A stretch of 64,000 bases of DNA from Dehalococcoidales bacterium. Lineage in GTDB: Bacteria > Chloroflexota > Dehalococcoidia > Dehalococcoidales > UBA5760. The stretch is from assembly GCA_034414575.1 (NCBI GenBank), contig DAOULZ010000001.1, positions 4,458-68,457 of the forward strand, written 5' to 3'. The notes under the pieces are model-generated. The model saw only the letters and a program-made list of their open reading frames with translations, searched no databases and had not been told where the DNA came from. A program made the position numbers and the translations under genes. Positions 27,080-36,182 of the stretch are shown piece by piece. Each line of letters starts with the position of its first letter. Position 1 is the stretch's first letter.

Positions 27080-27526
27080 ATGACTAAGGGAAGCTATATT
27101 CTCCTTATCACACTGCCTGAAGGAGGCACAATTAAAGCCGGCAGCCTAGCCGATACCCGCTTCCCCGCTGGCTGCTATGCCTACGTTGGCTCGGCAATGG
27201 GTGGCTTCACACCCAGACTGAAGCGCCACCGTAAAAAAGACAAAAAACCTCACTGGCACATCGATTACCTGCTGGAGAGGGCTAATATCAGTGCCATAAT
27301 CCTCTGCCAGACTGAGAAAGGGGTAGAATGCGCTATTGCCCAGGCCCTCAGCCAGCGACTTAGCTCCATCCCCGGCTTCGGCTCAAGCGACTGTAGTTGC
27401 CAAAGCCACCTCTTTCTTGCAGCCAACGGGAACCAAATGAAGTCAAGTATATTAGCTATACTCAACTCACTGCCGGTAGATAAGAGAATACGCCAGCTAC
27501 CTCCCCAAATAGAGGGGCAAAAATGA
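27080..27526 (+). CDS. DUF123 / GIY-YIG-like nuclease family protein
   Basis: KGSYIL, GCYAYVGSA, HWHIDYLL, GFGSSDCSCQSHL. Confidence 0.85.
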   Translation: MTKGSYILLITLPEGGTIKAGSLADTRFPAGCYAYVGSAMGGFTPRLKRHRKKDKKPHWHIDYLLERANISAIILCQTEKGVECAIAQALSQRLSSIPGFGSSDCSCQSHLFLAANGNQMKSSILAILNSLPVDKRIRQLPPQIEGQK

Positions 27527-28155
27527 TAGAAATCATCCTGGCAAGACACGGGGAAACCGAATGGAACAGGCGGGAAATCTTTAGGGGTAGAGCCGATATT
27601 GAACTCAATGAGACCGGAACTAAACAGGCTGAGCTACTAGCTAAATACCTGAGCCCGATAAAAATAGCGGCCATATTTTCCAGCCCGCTAAAGCGAGCCT
27701 TGAAGACCGCCGAAGCCATCGCTAGCTATCATAACATTGAGGTAAGAACCACCGCCGGACTTATAGATTTTGACTACGGAGAATGGCAGGGCCTATCCCA
27801 TCAGGAGGTGAAAGAGAGGTACCGAAAACTCTATGCCGAATGGCTTAAGACACCCCACCGGGTAACAATGTCGGGCGGTGAAAGCCTCGATGATGTCAGA
27901 AAACGAGCCCTCAGTGTCATAGACGGGATGATACGCCACTATGAGGGCACGGTAGTCCTGGTATCCCACCGGGTGGTGAACAAGGTTCTCATCTGTGCGC
28001 TACTGGGGCTAGGAAATGCCCACTTCTGGAACATAAAACAGGACGTCGGTGCCATCACCGCCTTTGACCATGATAACGACCGTTTCATCCTCACCAGACA
28101 CAATGATACTTCCTTCCTAAAAGCCATCCCCACCGTCCCGCTCAGTGATTTCTGA
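27523..28155 (+). CDS. Histidine phosphatase family protein (CobC/GpmB-like)
   Basis: LARHGETEWN, SSPLKRA, E/DFG.WQG, GGES, VSH. Confidence 0.92.
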   Translation: MIEIILARHGETEWNRREIFRGRADIELNETGTKQAELLAKYLSPIKIAAIFSSPLKRALKTAEAIASYHNIEVRTTAGLIDFDYGEWQGLSHQEVKERYRKLYAEWLKTPHRVTMSGGESLDDVRKRALSVIDGMIRHYEGTVVLVSHRVVNKVLICALLGLGNAHFWNIKQDVGAITAFDHDNDRFILTRHNDTSFLKAIPTVPLSDF

Positions 28156-28215
28156 CCGTATAAGTTCGGTCAAATCTGTTAACCAAACCAGCGGGCACTC
28201 TGCTATAATAAAACC

Positions 28216-30951
28216 GTGAAGAAGCCGCTGCTGATGCTTTTTGATGGTAATGCCTTACTTCACCGCGCCTTCCATGCCCTGCCCCCGCTAACGGTGAGCC
28301 GGACCGGCGAGATGGTGGGCGCTGTCTACGGCTTCGCCCTGATGCTGCTTAAGGCGATAAATGAGCTAAAGCCCAGCCACTGTGCCATCGCCTTTGATTT
28401 GAAAGCCCCCACCTTCCGCCACCAGCTCTTCAGCGAGTATAAAGCCCACCGTCCGCCTGCCCCCGAGGAGCTGATCAGTCAGCTGGAGCGGGTAAGAGAG
28501 CTAGTGAGCACCTTCAATATCCCCATCTTCGAGCTTGAGGGCTATGAGGCGGATGATGTTCTGGGCACCCTCAGCCGAGAGGCAAGCGGTCAGGGCATCG
28601 AGTCCGTCATCGTTACCGGTGATGCCGATACCATGCAGCTGGTGTCACCCAGGGTTAAGGTGCTCTACCCCAGGCCGAGGGGAAGCTTCAGCGACACTAC
28701 GCTCTATGATGAGTCTGAGGTAAACGAAAAATATGGGGTCGCCCCGGAACACATCGCCGACCTTAAGGGGCTGGCTGGCGACCCATCGGACAACATCCCC
28801 GGCATCCCCGGTGTCGGCAAGAAGACGGCAGCTAAGCTCATCCACCAGTTCGGCCCGGTAGAAGAGATCTATGCCCACCTGGACGAGGTCAGCCCACCCA
28901 AGCTCCAGGCACTTCTGCGCCAGCACGAAGCAACCGCCCGCCAGAGCAAGAAACTGGCTACCATCGTGACCGGGGTTCCGCTCACTCTTCGCTTCGATAC
29001 CTGCTACCTCAGTCATTATGACCGTCAGCGGGTAGCCGAGCTCTTCCGCGAGCTCGAGTTTTTTAGCCTCCTCCCGAAGCTGCCCGAAATAGAAGCCGCT
29101 ACCAAAGAATCCAGGGCGATAACCCAGACTAAGATTACACCCCAGCCCGAGTCAGCCTATCATACTATAACGACAACTCAAGGTTTCAATGAGCTTCTCA
29201 GCCACCTTAAAGGAGCCAAGTCCTTCGCCTTTGACCTGGAGACAACCAGCCTAGATGCCATGAAAGCCCAGCTGGCGGGTATATCGCTATCCCCAGCCCC
29301 AGCTGAGGCCTATTACATCCCAGTAGGTCACGTCGGCTGGGGCGAACTAGAACAATTACCCCGGGAACAGGTGATAAACGGACTCAAACCCATGCTGGAG
29401 GATGCTTCCCTCCCCAAGCTAGCCCACAACGGTAAGTATGATGTGACGGTACTGGCCGAGTATGGAGTAGCCGTAAGTAACCTGGCGTTTGACACCATGG
29501 TGGCTGCCTATCTCCTGGGTGAGAAATCCTTAAGCCTGAAAGCCCTTGCCTTCAGCCGGCTCGGTATCGAGATGACACCTATCAGCGACCTTATTGGCAG
29601 CGGCTCAAAGCAGCTCTCCATGTCAGAGGTGCCGATAAAAGAGGTCGCCAAGTATGCCAGCGCTGATGCCGACATCACCGGACAGCTAGCGGGACTGCTA
29701 GAGCCAGAACTTCACAAACAGGGGTTGTGGCGGCTGTTCTCAGAGGTCGAGATGCCCCTGGTACCCGTTTTGGTCAGTATGGAGAGAAACGGTATTGCCC
29801 TGGATATAGAGCTACTCAGGCAGATGGCCCACCGCCTCGGTGAGCAACTGCTGCGGCTGGAGGCGGAAATCTATAACAGCATAGGGCACCGCTTCAACAT
29901 AAATTCCCCCCAGCAGCTAAGCTCGGTCCTGTTCCAGGAGCTAAGACTACCTTCAACCAAAAAGACCAAGAGCGGTTATTCCACCGGTGCCTCAGTTCTG
30001 GAGGAACTGCGGGGCGTCCACCCGGTGATAGAGCTAATCCTGGATTACCGCCAGCTCAGTAAGCTCAAGTCAACCTATATCGACGCCCTGCCGGCACTGG
30101 TAAACCCGAAGACCGGTCGGGTACATACCAGCTTTAACCAGACGCGGACGGCCACCGGCCGCCTTTCTTCCAGCGAGCCAAATCTGCAGAATATCCCGGT
30201 TCGGGGTGAAATGGCAAGAGAAATCAGAGAGGCTTTTGTGGCTCCGCCCGGTGCCTATCTGCTGGCCGGGGACTACTCCCAGATTGACCTGCGCGCCCTA
30301 GCCCACCTGTCCCAAGACCCGAACCTTAAAGCCGCCTTCCAGCAAGACGAGGACATCCACACCGCCACTGCTGCCCAGCTCCTCAGCGTGGAGACCTCGC
30401 AGGTAACACCGGACATGCGCCGCCTAGCCAAGACAGTCAATTTTGGAGTTATTTACGGTATGAGCGACTACGGGCTGGAACAGGCTACCGAGCTCTCCCG
30501 GCAGGAGGCAGCCCAGTTCATCACCGCCTACTTTGAGAAATACCCCGGCATAAAAGAGTACCTGGAATCGACTAAAGACGAGGTACGCAAGTCAGGCTAC
30601 GTGCAAACGATACTGGGTAGAAAACGCTTTATTCCGGAGATTAACTCATCCAATCGGCAGGTGAGGGAAGCTGCGGAACGGATGGCGATAAATATGCCCG
30701 TGCAAGGGACATCCGCCGACATTATCAAAGTGGCTATGATTAACCTAGCCCGGGAGATGAGCCAGCAAAAGCTCAGAAGCAAGATGCTCCTTCAGGTTCA
30801 CGACGAGCTTATCTTTGAGGTGCCCGAAGAGGAGATGGAGATAATGCGTGAGCTGGTGCCGGAGATAATGTCCACGGCCCTGGTGCTCAGCGTGCCGCTA
30901 AAGGTGGATCTCAAGACCGGCCGAAACTGGGGGGAGATGGAACCTTCATAA
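28216..30951 (+). CDS. polA: DNA polymerase I (5'-3' exo, 3'-5' exo with intact DLE/HN..YD/Y...D motifs, polymerase)
   Basis: FDGNALLHRAFHA, GYEADD, FAFDLETT, TATGRLSS.PNLQNIP, DYSQI, AKTVNFGVIYG, QVHDEL. Confidence 0.98.
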   Translation: MKKPLLMLFDGNALLHRAFHALPPLTVSRTGEMVGAVYGFALMLLKAINELKPSHCAIAFDLKAPTFRHQLFSEYKAHRPPAPEELISQLERVRELVSTFNIPIFELEGYEADDVLGTLSREASGQGIESVIVTGDADTMQLVSPRVKVLYPRPRGSFSDTTLYDESEVNEKYGVAPEHIADLKGLAGDPSDNIPGIPGVGKKTAAKLIHQFGPVEEIYAHLDEVSPPKLQALLRQHEATARQSKKLATIVTGVPLTLRFDTCYLSHYDRQRVAELFRELEFFSLLPKLPEIEAATKESRAITQTKITPQPESAYHTITTTQGFNELLSHLKGAKSFAFDLETTSLDAMKAQLAGISLSPAPAEAYYIPVGHVGWGELEQLPREQVINGLKPMLEDASLPKLAHNGKYDVTVLAEYGVAVSNLAFDTMVAAYLLGEKSLSLKALAFSRLGIEMTPISDLIGSGSKQLSMSEVPIKEVAKYASADADITGQLAGLLEPELHKQGLWRLFSEVEMPLVPVLVSMERNGIALDIELLRQMAHRLGEQLLRLEAEIYNSIGHRFNINSPQQLSSVLFQELRLPSTKKTKSGYSTGASVLEELRGVHPVIELILDYRQLSKLKSTYIDALPALVNPKTGRVHTSFNQTRTATGRLSSSEPNLQNIPVRGEMAREIREAFVAPPGAYLLAGDYSQIDLRALAHLSQDPNLKAAFQQDEDIHTATAAQLLSVETSQVTPDMRRLAKTVNFGVIYGMSDYGLEQATELSRQEAAQFITAYFEKYPGIKEYLESTKDEVRKSGYVQTILGRKRFIPEINSSNRQVREAAERMAINMPVQGTSADIIKVAMINLAREMSQQKLRSKMLLQVHDELIFEVPEEEMEIMRELVPEIMSTALVLSVPLKVDLKTGRNWGEMEPS

Positions 30952-30994
30952 GTTACCATCACTACGTTGGCGAAAATTAGGGGGAGCTATATAG

Positions 30995-31822
30995 ATGCCC
31001 GAGCTTCCGGAAGTAGAGACGATAAAGAACGAGCTTATCGCCCACGTCGTCGGGCGTAAGATTACCGGGATCACCCTCGGCTGGGAAGGGATAGTTAAAA
31101 AGCCCTCGTTAGCAGAATTCTGTTCTCGCCTCATGGGGCAGCAAATAAGCAGGCTCAGTCGGCGCGGCAAGTACCTCATCTTCAGCCTGAGCAGTGGCCA
31201 AGCCCTGATTATCCACCTGAAGATGACCGGCTCACTGCTACTTAATCACGCTTCGGATAAGCTTGATAAATTCACACGCGCCGTGCTGGATCTGGATAAC
31301 GGTTGCCAGCTCCGCTTCCGCGACCCGCGTAAGTTCGGAGCCATGTGGCTGGTGGAAGACATAAGCAGCGTGGTAGGAAAGCTTGGCCCCGAACCTCTGG
31401 AAGAAGACTTCACCGCCCGGGTGCTGGCGGAGCGGCTGGCCAAGCGCAAGGCACCAATAAAACCCGTTCTCCTCGACCAGAACTTTGTTGCCGGTATCGG
31501 TAACATGTATGCCGATGAGGCTTTGTATGATGCCAGAATCCACCCCCTAAGGCTAGCACCAAGCCTGACTCAGGAAGAGATAACGAGACTTCATAGGGCT
31601 ATCCAACAGGTATTGTGGGCAGCCATCGGCAATAAGGGGGCCAGTGTGGAGAACTACTTCCGTCCCGGCGGGGAGCTGGGCACAGCGCACTTTGAGTTTC
31701 GGGTCGCCCACGGGCTGGGGGGTAAGTTCTGTCAGCGGTGCGCCACACCGATTGAGAGAATAGTGATCCGTAACCGGGGCACCTACTTCTGCCCCAGGTG
31801 CCAGCCGCTATTCACCCTCTAG
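30995..31822 (+). CDS. mutM: Formamidopyrimidine-DNA glycosylase
   Basis: N-terminal MPELPEVE, RRGKYL, HLKMTG, DPRKFG, GIGNMYADE and C-terminal Cys4 zinc finger. Confidence 0.97.
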   Translation: MPELPEVETIKNELIAHVVGRKITGITLGWEGIVKKPSLAEFCSRLMGQQISRLSRRGKYLIFSLSSGQALIIHLKMTGSLLLNHASDKLDKFTRAVLDLDNGCQLRFRDPRKFGAMWLVEDISSVVGKLGPEPLEEDFTARVLAERLAKRKAPIKPVLLDQNFVAGIGNMYADEALYDARIHPLRLAPSLTQEEITRLHRAIQQVLWAAIGNKGASVENYFRPGGELGTAHFEFRVAHGLGGKFCQRCATPIERIVIRNRGTYFCPRCQPLFTL

Positions 31823-32791
31823 CTTCCTAAAGTCTTTCGCAGGCCACATCTTATGTTGTGAGCAAAAACGTAATATTTCCTTCTTTTCTTCCTCGGTATA
31901 CTCAAAGAAGTAACTTCTAAACGCCAACGTGTCATAGGGCCCCATGATAACAAAAAATCTACCCTTAGTAGCAAAAAACAGCGGGTTTATATCGCGACGA
32001 ACAACATCAGCCAGCCAATTAGCTGCCTTTGTAGCTTCTATCACATGTTTTTTACATTTATCTTGCCAAGCGTCATATTCATTAAAAAGCTGCTGATATA
32101 CGTCATGGTCTTCTATCCACCCTTGGGACCTATAAAACCTTTCTTCAACTAATATGTTATCTCGCGTCTTGCTAGTTTCACAATGTTCACAAAATGTCGC
32201 GATAGCCGCATGCGTCTCGTAAGTCAATTTTTTAAGTGCACATTCCAGCTCAGGCAGAGTCTTCGGCCACACAGCACCAATAATCTTGTTGAGGAATTCA
32301 AATAATCTTCTCGGCGCGTCTTCATCCCAGTTCATATTTGTAGACAGTGCCCGACTCGCCCATTTATCCCAGCTATCAAGCTGACATGCTTCCACTGTAG
32401 CATCTATTAAGTCTGCATAAATTACATCTTGCGCAGTCTTACGTATGTCCCCGCTCTCAGAGAGTGTCTGCTGCACCCACAATTCATGCTGGTCTTTAAT
32501 TAAATGTAATTTCTCAACAGGGTAGTCTTCCGGACTCTTATCAATAATTACGTGATGAGTGGGACACAGGAGAATAAGATTAAAATATGAGTTACGTTCG
32601 TCTATAGAGAGAGGACTCTTTCCTCGTGGAGCACTATCACTCTCCCCGACAATATGTGCCTGCTCGCCTAGAGGAAAACTTTCGGAAGCTAGACTTTTAT
32701 CTTGCGTTAGTTCAATTCTACAGTCGGGGAATGAACACCGCCCTGCTGCTCTAGCCCACAGTAACTTAATATCCCTCTGCGAAATGGACAT
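31808..32791 (-). CDS. HNH endonuclease domain fused to an uncharacterised ~210-aa helical domain
   Basis: KLLWARAAGRCSFPDC...GEQAHIVG...PRG...NLILLCPTHH.IID; lower GC than the flanks. Confidence 0.85.
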   Translation of the reverse strand: MSISQRDIKLLWARAAGRCSFPDCRIELTQDKSLASESFPLGEQAHIVGESDSAPRGKSPLSIDERNSYFNLILLCPTHHVIIDKSPEDYPVEKLHLIKDQHELWVQQTLSESGDIRKTAQDVIYADLIDATVEACQLDSWDKWASRALSTNMNWDEDAPRRLFEFLNKIIGAVWPKTLPELECALKKLTYETHAAIATFCEHCETSKTRDNILVEERFYRSQGWIEDHDVYQQLFNEYDAWQDKCKKHVIEATKAANWLADVVRRDINPLFFATKGRFFVIMGPYDTLAFRSYFFEYTEEEKKEILRFCSQHKMWPAKDFRKLEGE

Positions 32792-32854
32792 ACATGCCCC
32801 CCCTACATTATAACCCCATGCATTAGAGCATTGAAGAGAGGGTAAGAATGCTAG

Positions 32855-33430
32855 TCACTTCCTCAGCCTTAAATCAATCCCCAAACTCTCCGCCATCCTG
32901 CTGATTAGCGCCCTAACGGTCTTAGCTTTATCTTTGAGAGGAGTATTCTGGCTTATCTCTGCCTCCGCCTCCTTAAGCGCTTCCCTCAATTTATCCAAGG
33001 GCACAAGCTGACAGCTGGTGCAGTAAAAGCTCTTGGAACGACCTTCGTCATAGTTAGCCAGGAGATACTTGAGGAATTCCTGCTTCTCAAGCTCCAGTCG
33101 GGCAAATTCCTCAATACCATGCTCACGGATGAAGGAAAAATTAGCCTTAATCGGGCGGTGGGAAAGGAAAGAGTCCTTACTCTTCGCCGAATCAAGAAGC
33201 CTAGCTATCCGCTCACAATCATCAAAACTGGCACACTCAGCGCAGGTCTCAAGCCCCTTCTTCCTGACACAGCAGGTAATGAAACCACAGCCGGGCATCT
33301 TCTCCCAGAAACCCGGGCCGCAGCAGCCGGGACATCTCGATACCCCTTCAGTATAGTATCTCGGGCATAGGCCGCAGTTGAGACCGCAGACGCCGACCAG
33401 GGGATACTTCCTAAGCGGATATTTGTCCAT
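32855..33430 (-). CDS. DUF3795 domain Cys-rich protein
   Basis: GVCGLNCGLC, CPGC, CGFITCC..KKGLETCAEC. Confidence 0.85.
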   Translation of the reverse strand: MDKYPLRKYPLVGVCGLNCGLCPRYYTEGVSRCPGCCGPGFWEKMPGCGFITCCVRKKGLETCAECASFDDCERIARLLDSAKSKDSFLSHRPIKANFSFIREHGIEEFARLELEKQEFLKYLLANYDEGRSKSFYCTSCQLVPLDKLREALKEAEAEISQNTPLKDKAKTVRALISRMAESLGIDLRLRK

Positions 33431-33444
33431 CGCAAAGCAGCAGG

Positions 33445-33612
33445 CTACGCCCTTAGCTTTTTAACCAAAAAGGCGACGTTCTTGCCGAAGTTCCAGACTG
33501 TCTCCAGACCCTCTTCATCCCCAGTAACCTCGCCCTTCTCCCAGCCAAAAGCCATATTCCAGTAGGTGGAGCCGGGAACAAAGCAGCCCACTACCTGAAA
33601 CCAGTAGTTAAA
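33445..33612 (-). pseudogene. C-terminal remnant of a flavodoxin / iron-sulfur flavoprotein (NADPH-dependent FMN reductase family)
   Basis: Manual translation FNYWFQVVGCFVPGSTYWNMAFGWEKGEVTGDEEGLETVWNFGKNVAFLVKKLRA*. No usable start codon, and the SD GAAGGAGG abuts the fragment. Confidence 0.8.
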
Positions 33613-33624
33613 CCTCCTTCACAT

Positions 33625-35088
33625 TTACTGCAGCTTATCTATCGCCGTCCCAATCCGCTCAAGACACCGCTTCTTACCCAAGACTGACATAGTTTCAAAC
33701 AGGGGCGGGGCTACCATCCGCCCGGTAACCGCTACCCGCAGCGTGCCGAAAAGCTGTCCCGTCTTCAGCCCCAACTCCCCAGCCAGAGGCCTGAGCACCG
33801 CCTCCAGAGACTCGTGGTCAAACTTCTCAATTGGCTCAAGCCGCTGCCTTGATGCTTCTAACGCCTGGATGGCTGATTCCTGATTCATTTTCTTGACTAT
33901 CAACAGATGAGGCCCGTAGTTAAGCTCATCAGTAAAAAAGAAGTCAACGAGCTCGGCTACCTCAGCCAGAATGCGCGCCCGCTCCTGGATAAGGGGCGTA
34001 ATCTGCCTGGTGTAGTCTATGTCCAGCGGCCGCTTGACCCCGGCGGGCAAACCCTTCTCCAGAAACGGCATTACTCTCTGTGTAAAATCCTCCACGGTCA
34101 GACTACGAAGGTACACCCCGTTCATCCAGTCGAGCTTATCCCGATTGAAGATGGCTCCCGTCTTGCTGATTCGATCCAGAGAGAAGTTCTCCACCAGCTC
34201 CTGGCGCGACATAATCTCGGTCTTGTCATCCAGAGACCAGCCGATTAAGGCGAGAAAGTTGAACATCGTCTCCGGCAGGTAACCCTGCTGCCGGTACTCG
34301 AGGATAGAGACCGCGCCGTGCCGCTTACTGAGCTTAGAGCGGTCAGGGCCAAGTATCATCGGGTGATGGACAAACTGCGGCGGCTCAAGCTCCAGAGCCT
34401 GATAGAGGAGCATATGGCGCGGGGTGCTGGAGATCCACTCCTCAGCCCGAATAACGTGGCTTACCCTCATGGCGCTGTCATCAACCACGTTAGCCAGGTG
34501 ATAGGTGGGGTAGCCATCGGACTTAAGAAGCACGAAATCATCAATGGTGCTGTTCTCAAAGACCACCTCCCCCCAGATAAGGTCATTAAATCGGGTCTGC
34601 CCCTCAAGCGGGACCTTAAAGCGGACCACCGGCGTGATGCCTTCTGCCTCCCGCTGCGCCCTTTCCTCCCGGGTTAAATCACGGCAACAGCGGTCGTAGC
34701 CCGGCGGCTGCTTGCTTCTCACCTGCTCGGCGCGCATCTCCTCCAGCCGCTCTGGGGAACAATAGCAGTAGTAGGCATCCCCCTGGGAAACGAGCCGCCC
34801 CGCCGCCTCGTGATACAGCTCAAGACGCTGCGACTGAAAGTAGGGCCTGTAGTCACCCCCCACCTCCGGCCCCTCATCCCAGTCAAGCCCCAGCCACCTG
34901 AGGCCGTCAAGGATAGCCTCGAGCGCCCCCTTAACCTTACGGGCAACGTCGGTATCCTCAATGCGGAGGATAAACTTGCCGCCCGTGTGTCGGGCCAGGA
35001 GCCAGTTAAACATGGCCGTCCGCATATTGCCCACGTGGGGGTAGCCGGTGGGGCTGGGGGCAAAACGCACTCTAACTGGTGTGGTCAT
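33625..35088 (-). CDS. gltX: Glutamate--tRNA ligase
   Basis: RFAPSPTGYPHVG, LRIEDTD, YHLANVVDD, KLSKR. Confidence 0.98.
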   Translation of the reverse strand: MTTPVRVRFAPSPTGYPHVGNMRTAMFNWLLARHTGGKFILRIEDTDVARKVKGALEAILDGLRWLGLDWDEGPEVGGDYRPYFQSQRLELYHEAAGRLVSQGDAYYCYCSPERLEEMRAEQVRSKQPPGYDRCCRDLTREERAQREAEGITPVVRFKVPLEGQTRFNDLIWGEVVFENSTIDDFVLLKSDGYPTYHLANVVDDSAMRVSHVIRAEEWISSTPRHMLLYQALELEPPQFVHHPMILGPDRSKLSKRHGAVSILEYRQQGYLPETMFNFLALIGWSLDDKTEIMSRQELVENFSLDRISKTGAIFNRDKLDWMNGVYLRSLTVEDFTQRVMPFLEKGLPAGVKRPLDIDYTRQITPLIQERARILAEVAELVDFFFTDELNYGPHLLIVKKMNQESAIQALEASRQRLEPIEKFDHESLEAVLRPLAGELGLKTGQLFGTLRVAVTGRMVAPPLFETMSVLGKKRCLERIGTAIDKLQ

Positions 35089-35096
35089 ACTTTAAC

Positions 35097-36179
35097 TCAA
35101 AGCCTCTTTAATGAATCTAGAGAGAAGTCTATTTCCCATACCTCGGGAGAGGTTGAGATTGAACTTAAGCAACTAACCTCACTCACTATATTGTCAGATA
35201 CATCATTAAGGCTAGAGGTTAGTGAGACTAAGATAGGCTTTATATTAAAGCCTCTTCCTCCTAAAATATGGCCACCTATGTCTTCTCGTGCCCAACTGAT
35301 ATAATATTCAAGCTGTATGGGTGCAAAATTTACGTTTGTTGTCGACTTAGGGTGCTTTAATTCTATCAATCTATATAAATTACTTGTTTCGTCTATCTTT
35401 TCTATGGTAACGACATCTATTTTTTGCATTCCAGTACCAGCAAATACTTCATTACCTATCCATACTATATTTCTACCAAATATTTCAGGGAAAAATTTAT
35501 TACTATATAACTCGAGGTTTTGTAAAATGTAAGCCTGAAAGTGTGTCTCACTATTCCCAATGTCCGCTTTCGGCACAACTACAGAATCACCAATGCTGTG
35601 GCTACAAGTTGCATCCCCCTTACAAATTTTGTAATTAGAGCAATCTACAGTAAAGTCTCTGTAACTCAAGGATTCACCATGATTCTCGTCTGCTATTAGA
35701 GAAATTAGCCGCTCTGTTTCCCAAGGGAAAAGCATTGTGTTTCCTCTTCCTGCTTTCATTTTCCTATATATAAGAGTCCATAACAATTCTTTTGAATAAG
35801 TAGGTAGCTTATCTAATGCCTCCCACTCCAGAACCCCCTTGCTATAAACCTTGTAAGGTTGTATCCTCTTTCTATATATTAGCTTTAGTGGTTTAGTTTC
35901 TCCCTTTTTGATATATACAGGTAGATTGGGGTTATTAGCATTGTTACCGGTTAAGTGATATACAACTTCATCCACTGCTTTAAAGACCCCAAAGAACCTT
36001 CCCTTCTTATTTTCCCTACCTTCAATATAGAAGAAAATAAAATCCCCCCCTTTTACCCTAACTATGTCTGAGAGAAGGCCTATATTATTGTCTCTACCCC
36101 CAGTGCTAACTCCAACAAACATGTATTCCAAATGGATTGGGAGTGTTTCTTCATTTACTATAAAAACATGGCCTCTCAT
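35097..36179 (-). CDS. EVE/DCD (PUA-superfamily) domain fused to a NucS-like PD-(D/E)XK nuclease; putative modification-reading restriction endonuclease
   Basis: N-terminus GHVFIVNEETL...FVG...RVKGGDFIFFY...FFGVFKA; C-terminus ETHFQAYI...NEV...KIDVV...LIELK...QLEYY. Strongly AT-rich. Confidence 0.75.
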   Translation of the reverse strand: MRGHVFIVNEETLPIHLEYMFVGVSTGGRDNNIGLLSDIVRVKGGDFIFFYIEGRENKKGRFFGVFKAVDEVVYHLTGNNANNPNLPVYIKKGETKPLKLIYRKRIQPYKVYSKGVLEWEALDKLPTYSKELLWTLIYRKMKAGRGNTMLFPWETERLISLIADENHGESLSYRDFTVDCSNYKICKGDATCSHSIGDSVVVPKADIGNSETHFQAYILQNLELYSNKFFPEIFGRNIVWIGNEVFAGTGMQKIDVVTIEKIDETSNLYRLIELKHPKSTTNVNFAPIQLEYYISWAREDIGGHILGGRGFNIKPILVSLTSSLNDVSDNIVSEVSCLSSISTSPEVWEIDFSLDSLKRL

Positions 36180-36182
36180 TAG

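Noticed and set aside
33613-33624. In-frame ATG-TGA before the flavodoxin remnant as possible selenocysteine readthrough
   Set aside because: Position 2 is not a Cys-equivalent site, no SECIS-like hairpin is evident, and the product would still lack the N-terminal domain.
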